Source: Blastocatellia bacterium
GTDB lineage: Bacteria; Acidobacteriota; Blastocatellia; UBA7656
DNA: 64,000 bases
Assembly: GCA_963765495.1 (NCBI GenBank)
Contig: CAVXWP010000016.1
Span: forward strand, 160,001-224,000
Direction: 5' to 3'
A program made the position numbers and the translations under genes. The notes beneath the pieces were generated by a model. The model ran no database searches and had not been told where the DNA came from. It was given only the letters and a program-made list of their open reading frames with translations. Shown in pieces: positions 49,614 through 59,318 of this stretch; the stretch's first letter is position 1, and each line of letters opens with the position of its first letter.

Positions 49614-50306
49614 TTATGACCCCCGGCTGATTCGGCCGTGGCCGTTGGTCTTCGCGCGTTCCTGTATACGCAATCGTTCGTCGTATTCGGCGAGCGCCGT
49701 TGTGACATAGCTCCTGAGTCTGGTGAGCCGCAATCTTGTAGAGGTCATTTCAAGCAATCGCTGTTTACGGTCGTTATCAATCGGCAGGGCCGAAGAGACG
49801 AGCAGCGAAAAGGCTTCGGGGTCGTCCGGCAGTTCCTGTGTGATGGGAGCGCCCAGTTCATTCAAAGTCTGAGCCGCGGCCAGAAATTTTTTACACGTCT
49901 CGGTCAGGTCTTCAAACAAGCGGTCGCTTGCGTCGTCAGGTTCCAGATCATCTATAAACGGCTCGACCTTTGCTATCAGGAAAGGCTCCACCTGATCAAA
50001 CTTGAGCAGGCGGTATCTGATTTCGCCAATCGAAACCAGATTCATCCGGCCTTCTTCTACGGGCACTAAGGCTTCGATCCTGGCTATCGTTCCTATGCTT
50101 CCTATATCGGGCGGGGTTTCGGCACCTACGTCGGCGTCCTTGCGATAGGAGAGTCCGAATCTCGCGCCGTTTTCCATCGCATAGCGCACCATCGCCTTAT
50201 AGCGTTCCTCGAATATGTGAAGCGGCAGGATTGCGCCGGGAAACAGCACGGTTGAAAGCGGAAATACGGCTATCGGTTCCGGCTCATTTATAGAATCTAA
50301 TTCCAT
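49614..50306 (-). CDS. LON peptidase substrate-binding (N-terminal) domain protein
   Basis: AVFPLSTVLFPG..LPLHIFEERYKAM; KQRLLE..R. No AAA or protease domain. Confidence 0.9.
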   Translation of the reverse strand: MELDSINEPEPIAVFPLSTVLFPGAILPLHIFEERYKAMVRYAMENGARFGLSYRKDADVGAETPPDIGSIGTIARIEALVPVEEGRMNLVSIGEIRYRLLKFDQVEPFLIAKVEPFIDDLEPDDASDRLFEDLTETCKKFLAAAQTLNELGAPITQELPDDPEAFSLLVSSALPIDNDRKQRLLEMTSTRLRLTRLRSYVTTALAEYDERLRIQERAKTNGHGRISRGS

Positions 50307-50313
50307 GACACAA

Positions 50314-50322
50314 ATTATAGCA
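50314..50322 (-). promoter_or_regulatory. Extended -10 promoter (TGcTATAAT) 7 nt upstream of the ATG
   Basis: Minus strand reads tgctataatttgtgtcATG; no Shine-Dalgarno. Confidence 0.6.
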
Positions 50323-50426
50323 TCCAATATGTGCGCCGCTAAGATGAAGTCGTTATGAAAGCGGTCGCCGCCGCCCCCTCTTCGCCCGAAAGCCTCTTTC
50401 GTAAAGAAGAAACCTGACCGGAACGG

Positions 50427-51689
50427 ATGAGCATTCACGTCTGGACGCAGGCAGTTATGCTCGGCTATAGTGATTTGACAGATCTGCATCGAAAGCTGAG
50501 GCATCCGTTGGCTCAGAGACGGCAAATATCGCTAGTTTTTCGCGATTCTCAGGCGAATAATTCTGACGATCAGAACTCGGCAGGATACAGCCACCTGTCG
50601 GAATCAAAATCGAAGACCCCGGCGAAAATCTCAGACGCCCTTAACTTGAAGGGCGTGCTTGTCTTTGTAATATGTATTCTGTTAAGCGGTTGCCGTTCGC
50701 CGGTAACAAACGCCGGGCAATCCATCGAATTCACAAGGGTTCCCGAGGCTTCCGAAGGCGGTTCGGATAAACTCGAAACCATTGAGGGCCGCGCTCTCGG
50801 CGCGCGCGCCGGACAGAAGATCGTTCTGTTTGCAAGGAGCGGCGTATGGTGGGTGCAGCCCTTCGCTGACCAGCCCTTCACAACCATTCAACCGGATTCG
50901 ACATGGAAAAGCCCGACACACCTTGGAACAGAGTACGCCGCCCTGCTTGTCGAATCGGGATACCAACCACAGCCAACTATGGATTCGCTGCCGACAGAAG
51001 GCGGTTCGGTCGTCGCCGTAGCAGTTGCGAAAGGCGAAGATCCTCCGCCCTCAAAGACGCTTCACTTCAGCGGGTATGAATGGAGGGTCCGCAGCACCGC
51101 AAGCGAGCGCGGCGGCAAGCTCAATACCTATGACCCTGCCAACGCCTGGATCGATGCAAACGGGTTTCTGCATCTTCGGGTAACTCAACGCTCCGGCCAG
51201 TGGACCTGCGCGGAAGTGCAGCTCACGCGCAGTCTCGGATATGGAACATATCTGTTTAAAGTGCGTGACACATCTCATCTTGAGCCCGCCGCGGTTCTTG
51301 GGCTGTTTACGTGGGATGGATCGGTGGCAGATCAGAATCACCGCGAAATAGACATTGAGATCACCCGCTGGGGAGACCCCGCAAGCAAAAACGCGCAGTA
51401 TGTGATCCAGCCTTATTATGTGCCTGCCAATGTTGACCGCTTTATGATACCGGCCGGGACATTTACCCATTCATTTCATTGGGAGCCGGGGCGGGTGGCA
51501 TTCAAAACCGTTCCTGCCAACTCGGACGATGCCGGATCACGCCCCATTTCCCGGCATGACTTTACCTCCGGGGTTCCTTCCCCGGGTGGCGAATCGATTC
51601 ATATCAATCTGTATGCCTTCGACAACCCAAAAAATCCTCTGCAAAATGATGCGGAGGTCGTCATTGAAAAATTCGAATACCTGCCCTGA
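50427..51689 (+). CDS. Lipoprotein with GH16-like C-terminal domain (true start probably near 50646)
   Basis: Lipobox LLSG-C; HREIDIE catalytic-type motif; LGYGTY. Confidence 0.7.
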   Translation: MSIHVWTQAVMLGYSDLTDLHRKLRHPLAQRRQISLVFRDSQANNSDDQNSAGYSHLSESKSKTPAKISDALNLKGVLVFVICILLSGCRSPVTNAGQSIEFTRVPEASEGGSDKLETIEGRALGARAGQKIVLFARSGVWWVQPFADQPFTTIQPDSTWKSPTHLGTEYAALLVESGYQPQPTMDSLPTEGGSVVAVAVAKGEDPPPSKTLHFSGYEWRVRSTASERGGKLNTYDPANAWIDANGFLHLRVTQRSGQWTCAEVQLTRSLGYGTYLFKVRDTSHLEPAAVLGLFTWDGSVADQNHREIDIEITRWGDPASKNAQYVIQPYYVPANVDRFMIPAGTFTHSFHWEPGRVAFKTVPANSDDAGSRPISRHDFTSGVPSPGGESIHINLYAFDNPKNPLQNDAEVVIEKFEYLP

Positions 51690-54600
51690 CCCGCGGGTTA
51701 AACACAAACAGGTTAGCCATCGCCTGAGACTCGGATTGCTGATAGGGTTTCTGGCGGTCCTGGCCTGCTGCGTCAACCGGGGCTATGCGATTGATCCAAA
51801 CAGAATGATGTCGCAGTACATACGCGATCAGTGGGGAACCGAAAAAGGATTTCCAGGCGGACTGGTTTACGCCATCACTCAGACGCCGGACGGCTATCTG
51901 TGGGTCGGAGCAGAGAAAGGGCTCGTTCGTTTCGACGGATTGAATTTCCATCTTTTCCAGCACGCGAATACGCCATCCCTGCCCGCAGGTCCCGTTCTCG
52001 GTCTGACGGCCGATGATGAGGGGAATCTGTGGATACGGATGCGAAGCCCGAATCTGCTGCGGTATCGCGACGGTAAATTTGTAGATATCCTGCCCGAACT
52101 CGAGCGACCGGAAGTCCACATCACAGCCATGTGCAAAGGGAAAGACGGGGAGATTCTGATTTCGGGACTCGTAAACGGCCCCCTCAGATACAGCGAAGGA
52201 AGGTTTGTAAAACTCGCATCCCTGGCCGGGCTGCCAAACTTTCTGGTCATCTCGATGGCGGAAACACCCGACGGCGACATATGGATGGGGACGCGCGATG
52301 CCGGTCTGTTTCGTCTGAGCGGGGGAACGGTTTCCGCGATTACAAAGGGGTTGCCTGACCGCAAGATCAACTCTCTTCTGCCGGATGGCGATAGAGATCT
52401 GTGGGTCGGCACGGACAACGGGATAGTGCAGGCGCGCTGGAACGGAACCGAGATGACAGGGTCGGGTGTGTCGGCGTCTCTCGATAATACTCAGGCTCTT
52501 GCTATGATCAGGGATCGCGAATCGAATATCTGGATCGGCACGGCCTCGCGAGGGCTTTTGCGGCTCAACACGAGCGGCATAAATTCACTCGAAGAGCACG
52601 GCAGGGCGGTGACCGCATTGTTTGAAGATCGGGAAGGAAATATCTGGGTAGGGAGCGCACAGGGAATCGAGCGATTGCGTGACAGCGTGTTTACGACATA
52701 TTTGCCTTCCGACGGCCTGCCCTCGGAAAGCAGCGGTCCCGTCTACGCCGACTCGGAAGGCCGCACATGGTTTGCTCCTTCAAGCGGTGGGCTCTACTGG
52801 ATAAAAGGGAACCGGATCGGGCGAGTAAGCGACGCGGGGCTGGATAAAGATGTGGTTTATTCGATAGCGGGCGGCAAAGGCGAATTGTGGGTCGGCAGGC
52901 AACGCGGCGGGCTGACCTGTCTGCGACCTGACGGGGAATCGTTCACGACCGAAACTTACACGCAGGCGGAAGGACTCGCTCAAAACAGCGTTTACGCGGT
53001 TCAGAAAAATCGTGACGGAACGGTGTGGGCCGGGACTCTTAGCGGTGGCGTGAGCCGATTTAAAGACGGCAAATTCACAACCTACACAAACGCGCAGGGA
53101 CTCGCCTCAAACACTGTCGCTTCGATTGTGGAAGCAAGCGACGGAACTATGTGGTTCGCAACGCCAAACGGGTTGAGCGCGATGTCGAATGATCGCTGGC
53201 AGGTCTATACGACCCGGGACCGCCTGCCTTCGGAAAACGTAAACTGCCTCCTTGAAGACTCAGCCGGCGTTCTATGGATAGGGACCGACGACGGCCTCGC
53301 CTTCCTCAGTTCAGGCCGTATCCAGCCCCTTTCCGAAGTCCCTGCCCTATTGCACGAACACATTCTGGGGGTTGCCGAAGACAGAAACGGATCGCTGTGG
53401 ATAGCGACTTCAAATCATGTGTTACGCGTAGACCGTGACAGGCTGCTCGGCGGACGGCTGGGCGACGAAGATATACACGAGTACGGGATTGCAGACGGTC
53501 TGGCCGGTATCGAAGGCGTAAAGCGGGACCGTACCGTCATAGCCGACCCGCTCGGGAGTATATGGTTTTCCATGAATCGCGGTCTTTCGGTAGTCAATCC
53601 GGCGCGGGCGATGACCAATTCAGCCCCGGCGAGAGTTGACGTTCAGGCGATTTCAGCCGACGGAGACCCTGTTGAGATGCAAGACCCCGTTCACATTCCG
53701 GCCGCTCGTCAGAGAATCACCTTCAGCTTTGTGGGTCTGAGCCTTTCGATTCCCGAACGGATCCGATTCCGTTATACGCTCGATGGATTCGATCACGGCT
53801 GGAGCGCGCCGGTCGCAACGCGCGAAGCCGTCTACACAAATCTCAGCCCGGGTTCGTATCGCTTCCGCGTGATGGCCTGTAACAGCAACGGTCTCTGGAA
53901 CGGGCCTGAAACCGTGATCGGGTTTGAAATAGAGCCGTTGTTCTGGCAGACCTGGTGGTTTCGGCTCGCGGGTGTAGCGGCTGCGGTGCTTGCGGCGCTG
54001 GCCTGGTATCAATTGCGCATGCGCCAGCTGGCCAGACAGCTTAATCTCCGCTTTGAAGAACGGCTCGCGGAGCGAACGCGCATCGCGCAGGAGCTTCACG
54101 ATACGCTGTTGCAGGGTTTTATCAGCGCAAATATGCAGCTTCACGTAGCGGCCGATCACCTGCCCGAGGATTCAAAAGCAAAGCCTATGCTCGGACGTGT
54201 TCTGCAATTGATGGGGCACGTAATAGAAGATGGCAGAAACGCGGTTCGCGGTCTGCGCTCATCTGAGAGCAACACCTGCGATCTGGAACAGGCATTTTCC
54301 CGAATCCAGCAGGAACTGGCCATCCACGAGCAGATGGGGTTTCGCGTAATCGTCGAGGGCCGCTCCCGGTCGCTTCACCCGATCATCCGCGATGAAGTCT
54401 ATCGCATAGGGCGCGAGGCACTGGTAAATGCGTTCCGCCACTCGCGGGCAAAGAGCATCGAAGTCGAACTGGAATATGCGGCCAACCACCTGCGCCTTCT
54501 CGTCCGAGATGACGGCTGCGGGATTGACCAGCAGGTGCTGCGGTCAGGACGAGATGGGCATTGGGGGCTTTCAGGAATGCGCGAACGGGCCGAAGGGATC

Positions 54601-54774
54601 GGCGCCAGGCTCAGTGTCTGGAGCCGCGCCTCGGCCGGGACGGAGGTCGAACTCTCCGTCCCCGGACATATAGCCTTTCAGTTTCAGCCTCCCGCGCAAT
54701 CATCAGGATGGTTTGCCAGATTGTATACACGAAAAGCCGGGCTTCGGAAGCTCGGAAGAGAGAACGATAAATGA
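51649..54774 (+). CDS. Sensor histidine kinase: periplasmic two-component regulator propellers + Y_Y_Y + TM + HisKA_3/HATPase
   Basis: Repeated D..G.LW.GT..GL; YTNLSPGSYRFRV; ERTRIAQELHDTLLQ; EALVNAFRH, DDGCG, GHWGLSGMRER. Start uncertain. Confidence 0.92.
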   Translation: MRRSSLKNSNTCPDPRVKHKQVSHRLRLGLLIGFLAVLACCVNRGYAIDPNRMMSQYIRDQWGTEKGFPGGLVYAITQTPDGYLWVGAEKGLVRFDGLNFHLFQHANTPSLPAGPVLGLTADDEGNLWIRMRSPNLLRYRDGKFVDILPELERPEVHITAMCKGKDGEILISGLVNGPLRYSEGRFVKLASLAGLPNFLVISMAETPDGDIWMGTRDAGLFRLSGGTVSAITKGLPDRKINSLLPDGDRDLWVGTDNGIVQARWNGTEMTGSGVSASLDNTQALAMIRDRESNIWIGTASRGLLRLNTSGINSLEEHGRAVTALFEDREGNIWVGSAQGIERLRDSVFTTYLPSDGLPSESSGPVYADSEGRTWFAPSSGGLYWIKGNRIGRVSDAGLDKDVVYSIAGGKGELWVGRQRGGLTCLRPDGESFTTETYTQAEGLAQNSVYAVQKNRDGTVWAGTLSGGVSRFKDGKFTTYTNAQGLASNTVASIVEASDGTMWFATPNGLSAMSNDRWQVYTTRDRLPSENVNCLLEDSAGVLWIGTDDGLAFLSSGRIQPLSEVPALLHEHILGVAEDRNGSLWIATSNHVLRVDRDRLLGGRLGDEDIHEYGIADGLAGIEGVKRDRTVIADPLGSIWFSMNRGLSVVNPARAMTNSAPARVDVQAISADGDPVEMQDPVHIPAARQRITFSFVGLSLSIPERIRFRYTLDGFDHGWSAPVATREAVYTNLSPGSYRFRVMACNSNGLWNGPETVIGFEIEPLFWQTWWFRLAGVAAAVLAALAWYQLRMRQLARQLNLRFEERLAERTRIAQELHDTLLQGFISANMQLHVAADHLPEDSKAKPMLGRVLQLMGHVIEDGRNAVRGLRSSESNTCDLEQAFSRIQQELAIHEQMGFRVIVEGRSRSLHPIIRDEVYRIGREALVNAFRHSRAKSIEVELEYAANHLRLLVRDDGCGIDQQVLRSGRDGHWGLSGMRERAEGIGARLSVWSRASAGTEVELSVPGHIAFQFQPPAQSSGWFARLYTRKAGLRKLGRENDK

Positions 54775-55400
54775 GCACCCCCACTACCATACGCATCCTC
54801 TGTGTTGACGACCACCCCCTGCTGCGCGAGGGAATCGCCGCCATCATAAACAATGAACCGGATATGCTGCTTGTGGGCGAAGCCGCTACAGGCTGCGAGG
54901 CCATTGAAAAGTTTCGAGAGCACAAGCCTGACATCACCCTCATGGACCTGAGACTCCCCGACATGAGCGGGATTGATTCGTTGATTGCCATCAGGACGGA
55001 ATTTCCCGAAGCCAGCATCATCATGTTGACAACCTTCGAAGGCGATGTGGAAATCCGCCGCGCTCTCGAGGCGGGAGCACGCGGCTATATGCTCAAGAGC
55101 ATGCCTCCAAAGGAACTGGTAGAAGTGATACAGCAGGCGCACGCGGGAAAGAAGCGTATCCCCGCCGAGGTAGCGGCGCATCTGGCCGAGTACTTCGGCG
55201 ATGATGCCCTGACCGAGCGCGAGATAGAGGTACTCCGACTCGTCGCCGAGGGAAACCGCAATCGCGACATCGCAGAACGGCTCTTTATCTCGGAGGAGAC
55301 GGTCAAGGTCCACGTCAAACACGTCATGGAAAAGCTCGCGGCCAACGACCGCACGCAGGCGGTTGCCATAGCCATACGCCGTGGAATAATCCAATTGTGA
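54771..55400 (+). CDS. NarL/LuxR-family response regulator
   Basis: VDDHPLLREG, LMDLRLP, LTEREIEVL..ISEETVKVH. ATAA/ATGA-type overlap with the kinase. Confidence 0.95.
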   Translation: MSTPTTIRILCVDDHPLLREGIAAIINNEPDMLLVGEAATGCEAIEKFREHKPDITLMDLRLPDMSGIDSLIAIRTEFPEASIIMLTTFEGDVEIRRALEAGARGYMLKSMPPKELVEVIQQAHAGKKRIPAEVAAHLAEYFGDDALTEREIEVLRLVAEGNRNRDIAERLFISEETVKVHVKHVMEKLAANDRTQAVAIAIRRGIIQL

Positions 55401-55428
55401 AGCCCACAATTCTCCTTGCTGAATAAAA

Positions 55429-55469
55429 TACTCAGGAAGTGGTCAGAAAAGATACCACGATCTAGGGAT
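55429..55469 (+). promoter_or_regulatory. Candidate response-regulator operator, copy 1
   Basis: tactcaggaagtggtcagaaaagataccacgatctagggat aligns with 57790-57830. Confidence 0.45.
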
Positions 55470-55548
55470 TCGCGCCGGGTCTCTATACATTATCATTCTG
55501 CCGTCAGATACGTGTATGAATACCAAAAAGACATGAAGGAGATGCAGA

Positions 55549-55971
55549 CTGCAAAGGCTATTTTCCACTTTTCCGGGCGGGTGGCCTGGCACAGGTTTGC
55601 TGCTGTTGCGAGCCGGGGTCGGAGCGACAGCGGTCGTCCAGGGAGGCATCTATCTGGCTGACCACAGCAATCCTGCACCGGCAATCTGGGCAATCGGCCT
55701 GCTTGCGGTCACAGGCGGCGTTCTGCTTCTGATCGGATTCCTGACGCCCGCTGCCGGTATCCTGATAGGGTTGGGCAGCCTGAGCCACGCGCTTCGCTGG
55801 CTTCCTGCTTCGACTCCGAATCTGTTCGACACTCCGTTGTCAATTATCTTTGTGATCATTATGGCCGCGGCACTTGTCTTTCTCGGCCCGGGAGCCTTTT
55901 CGCTCGATTCCCGTTTGTTCGGACGCCGCGAGATTATAATTCCTCACGCCTCCAGTTCTCCAAAACCCTGA
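55549..55971 (+). CDS. Small DoxX-like membrane protein, probable CTG start
   Basis: (M)QRLFSTFPGGWPGTGLLLLR...GFLTP...GPGAFSLDSRLFGRREI. aaggag lies 7 nt before the CTG; in-frame TGA at 55534. Confidence 0.75.
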   Translation: MQRLFSTFPGGWPGTGLLLLRAGVGATAVVQGGIYLADHSNPAPAIWAIGLLAVTGGVLLLIGFLTPAAGILIGLGSLSHALRWLPASTPNLFDTPLSIIFVIIMAAALVFLGPGAFSLDSRLFGRREIIIPHASSSPKP

Positions 55972-56083
55972 TCTGACAATCGATCATCTTCTGATATTCG
56001 AAAACGAAGCCCGGCAGTTCTCGATTACCAACCCGCACGTTCTCAGCAGTAGTACAAAAAATATTCGAGACTGAAGTCGTCAT

Positions 56084-56569
56084 TCAAATGGACTGGAACA
56101 AGATTGGGCGAACACGCTCGCGCAAACGCTGAAGTTCGCTTGCATTGTGGCGAAGGAGATCGTGTTCCCATGTTATATCAGTTTCTTCGCGGCAATCCCT
56201 GGCCAACTCTGAACCGATGGTTTCGTAAGAGCCGAGAGCGGTCTTGAGGTCTTCGGGTTCTGTCCAGGTGCCCAGAATAAAGACCCTGTCAGTCAAATCA
56301 GCTGGAACGGTGGCCTTCGCAGCATCCCCTCTATCTTGCCTACCATCAAAGTCAACCAACAGAACCATAAATCGATTAGGATATCGTTGCATTTCACTAA
56401 CATGCTCCGATTTGAAAAGACTCAGTACATTATGCCAGCCACCTGCCACCCGCAGCACTTGCATCTGCCGGGTCGAGTTAATCTCCAGATGAAAGCCGTT
56501 CGCCAACTCGCGATTGGCATCATCTTCGGGAAGCACATAAATGTGTGGCTTATTCTTGTTGACGCTCAT
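56084..56569 (-). CDS. Hypothetical partner of the ABC ATPase (TOPRIM/DUF4276-like acidic motifs)
   Basis: YVLPEDDAN and LLVDFDG motifs; ATGA overlap with the ATPase. Confidence 0.6.
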   Translation of the reverse strand: MSVNKNKPHIYVLPEDDANRELANGFHLEINSTRQMQVLRVAGGWHNVLSLFKSEHVSEMQRYPNRFMVLLVDFDGRQDRGDAAKATVPADLTDRVFILGTWTEPEDLKTALGSYETIGSELARDCREETDITWEHDLLRHNASELQRLRERVRPILFQSI

Positions 56570-57675
56570 GGTTCTATATCGCCACGAATAAGCGCGCTGA
56601 TAAGATCCCCGTTGTATTGGATGTCGTTTAACGGCTTGATGCGCGTAGGCTCAAGATGGTTATCCCTATAAAGAACAAATGTATTCTCGTCAGAAAAACG
56701 GCTGATCGCCTCTGGATTGTGCGAGGTCGCGATGAACTGGCCGCCGGATTGGAACGCTTTGCGAAGAGCCAATACAAAGTGTCCAACCTCATCCAGCGCA
56801 AGATAGTTGTCCGGCTCATCCCAAAAACAAAGCACCGGGCCGTATGCATAGTTCGCGGCGAGCACCAGGGCGCATATAGTGAAGCATTTCTCGCCGTCGG
56901 AAAGAGATTCGAAAGGGATGGTCAGACTTCCTTGAGTATTGGAAAAATGGACAGAAAGGCTTCGAGAATCTTTGCCTACCATCGGATTTCTGATGTCCTT
57001 CAGGTCGGGCATCACTTGCTTGAGATATTCATCAATTCTGGCATAAGCGGCTGGTGCGTAAGCGAGCAAACCTGAAAACCACTCGCCAAAGTCGGTGACC
57101 TGAATATTCGGCCACAGCGTCTCTTTTTCGGAGTCCCCTGGGATCAAACTGGGTATTGGCCGAAGGATGAGCATACGAGCGAGCCACTCCTTAAATATAA
57201 AAAGAGGAGCGTTCCTCGACTCTTCCTGAACTATCGGCAGAGCCACCAGTTGCAAGTTTACAGGGAAATTCGCCTCCTGCCTCCCGTTTGTTTTTGCAAG
57301 CCGCATCCGGCCCTGTTTTCGGGAGTAGACGGGCGTGCCGTCAATTGCGAGGTTCTCTTCAAGTACGACTGGTTCTTTGGCCGACCCCTGAATTCTAAAA
57401 GCGATGACATACTCGTATATCTTGGCGTCCAGATCGACCTCGATTTCAAATCGCATAGGCACGTCTACGCGCTCGCGAGTGAAATCACTCGACTTAATAA
57501 GGTCGCCTACCTTGTTCGTACCTCTGGCGATTCTCTGTAGAACTTCCAGCGCGAGCCCAATTGCTGTCTTGCCTGTGCCATTTTTCCCAATTAGCAGGAT
57601 GGACGAGTGGCCTGAGACTGGTAGCTCGAAGTTTTCCAGGGACCGGAAATTATGAATGTAAAACCGACGTATCAC
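56566..57675 (-). CDS. ABC/SMC-like ATPase (AAA_21 / AbiEii-like)
   Basis: IHNFRSL, LIGKNGTGKT (Walker A), LSDGEK signature, FWDEPDN (Walker B), TSHNP. GTG start inferred. Confidence 0.88.
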   Translation of the reverse strand: MIRRFYIHNFRSLENFELPVSGHSSILLIGKNGTGKTAIGLALEVLQRIARGTNKVGDLIKSSDFTRERVDVPMRFEIEVDLDAKIYEYVIAFRIQGSAKEPVVLEENLAIDGTPVYSRKQGRMRLAKTNGRQEANFPVNLQLVALPIVQEESRNAPLFIFKEWLARMLILRPIPSLIPGDSEKETLWPNIQVTDFGEWFSGLLAYAPAAYARIDEYLKQVMPDLKDIRNPMVGKDSRSLSVHFSNTQGSLTIPFESLSDGEKCFTICALVLAANYAYGPVLCFWDEPDNYLALDEVGHFVLALRKAFQSGGQFIATSHNPEAISRFSDENTFVLYRDNHLEPTRIKPLNDIQYNGDLISALIRGDIEP

Positions 57676-57789
57676 AAATGGATGATACTGCGCATCTGAG
57701 GGCAGGCTCAACCGGAATGTTACATTTTCCTGCCTGGACACACCGGCTATGAATTCCATCACACAAGGGCTTATCAAATAATTCTTGAT

Positions 57790-57830
57790 TACCACGATGG
57801 TGGTAGAAAAAAAACATTCGATCTCGTGAT
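57790..57830 (+). promoter_or_regulatory. Candidate response-regulator operator, copy 2 (7-2-7 inverted repeat)
   Basis: TACCACG-AT-GGTGGTA, followed by a weaker second site. Confidence 0.5.
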
Positions 57831-57964
57831 GTTTTATTTGCCCGCCTGCTTCATAGTGTGAGTCGAGGGGAACGATGAAGCTAGAGCGATCAATGGATTC
57901 ACCCAACTGCACAGGCAGGACCGGATGAAAAGAATTTCAAACTGATTAGCGAGGGAGACGCGTC

Positions 57965-58441
57965 ATGCTAAAGACTTTCACTTTGATACACGTCGTGATA
58001 AGCCTGATTGGGATCGGCTCTGGACTGGTAGTCTTATTCGGATTGCTCACCGGGAAACGATTCAACGGCTGGACGGCACTTTTTCTGGCAACCACTGTGG
58101 CGACGAGCGTAACCGGGTTTGGCTTTCCATTCCATAAACTCTTACCGTCACATATAGTCGGCATCATATCGCTCGTGGTGCTTGGGGCTGCAATCCTTGC
58201 GCGCTACGTTTATCACATGACAGGCGCGTGGCGATGGATATATGTGGTCGGCGCTATGATAGCCCTTTATCTGAATGTCTTTGTCGCGCTCGTGCAGGCA
58301 TTTCAGAAAATACCCGGCCTGAAAGCGGTGGCTCCGACGCAATCCGAACTACCGTTTTTGCTCACGCAGATAATCGTTCTGACGCTTTTCGTAGCGCTTG
58401 CCGTTATGGCTACAAAAAGGTTTCGAATCGCTCGCGCCTGA
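57965..58441 (+). CDS. Integral membrane hypothetical protein (about 5 TM)
   Basis: Hydrophobic ORF with RBS gaggga; IHVVISLIGI, TGFGFP, QAFQKIP. Confidence 0.8.
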   Translation: MLKTFTLIHVVISLIGIGSGLVVLFGLLTGKRFNGWTALFLATTVATSVTGFGFPFHKLLPSHIVGIISLVVLGAAILARYVYHMTGAWRWIYVVGAMIALYLNVFVALVQAFQKIPGLKAVAPTQSELPFLLTQIIVLTLFVALAVMATKRFRIARA

Positions 58442-58540
58442 TCTTCAGGCAGAGAGCCTTCACCCGGTCGTCACCAGAGCGAGAGGCTTTCGGCGGGTCG
58501 TTTTTCTAAGAATAAAGCACTGATTTCAAAAGGAGACAAC

Positions 58541-59296
58541 ATGTCCACAAACGGAAAGAAACTCACAGGCAAGGTCGCCGTCGTAACCGGCGCGTCGAAA
58601 GGCATAGGAGCAGCCATAGCCACAAATCTGGCCGACGAAGGCGCGGCTGTCGTCGTCAACTACGCCTCAAGCAAAGAGGGGGCTGATCGCGTTGTCAGCC
58701 AAATCACAGCCAGAGGCGGGAAGGCCGTAGCCGTGCAGGCAAACGTAGCCAATAAGACCGATATTGCGCGTCTGTTTTCAGCCACGGAAAAAGAATTCGG
58801 AAAGGTTGACATTCTGGTCAATAACGCCGGTGTTTATGAGATGTGGCCCATCGAGCAAATTACCGAAGAGCATTTTCACAAACAATTTGATCTGAATGTG
58901 CTCGGCCTGATTCTCACCGTTCAGGAAGCAATAAAGCACTTCGGTCCAGAGGGCGGAAGCATTATCAATCTCAGTTCGATAGTGAGCACGTTGAGCCCCG
59001 CCAATGCCCCGGTCTACAGCGCCACAAAGGCGGCGGTTGACGCCTTGACGAGGTCGTTTGCAAAAGAACTGGCGTCGCGGAAAATTCGCGTCAATTCCAT
59101 CAACCCGGGAATGATTGAAACGGAGGGCGTGCATTCGACGGGATTTATAGACCTGCGCGCGACTTTCGAAGCGATCACCCCGCTCGGTCGCATCGGCCAA
59201 CCGCAGGACATCGCGCCTGCGGCGGTCTTCCTCGCTTCCGCAGATTCGGCGTGGATGACAGGCGAAACCATGTTTATCACGGGCGGCTTGCGTTGA
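58541..59296 (+). CDS. Short-chain dehydrogenase/reductase
   Basis: TGASKGIG, NNAG, YSATK, NPG. Confidence 0.95.
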   Translation: MSTNGKKLTGKVAVVTGASKGIGAAIATNLADEGAAVVVNYASSKEGADRVVSQITARGGKAVAVQANVANKTDIARLFSATEKEFGKVDILVNNAGVYEMWPIEQITEEHFHKQFDLNVLGLILTVQEAIKHFGPEGGSIINLSSIVSTLSPANAPVYSATKAAVDALTRSFAKELASRKIRVNSINPGMIETEGVHSTGFIDLRATFEAITPLGRIGQPQDIAPAAVFLASADSAWMTGETMFITGGLR

Positions 59297-59318
59297 CCCT
59301 CTAAAGGTAGGAACTACT

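Noticed and set aside
57676-57912. 79-aa N-terminal extension of the ATPase
   Set aside because: The family N-terminal motif (I..F.I.NFRS) begins at GTG 57675, and the extension covers the divergent promoter region.
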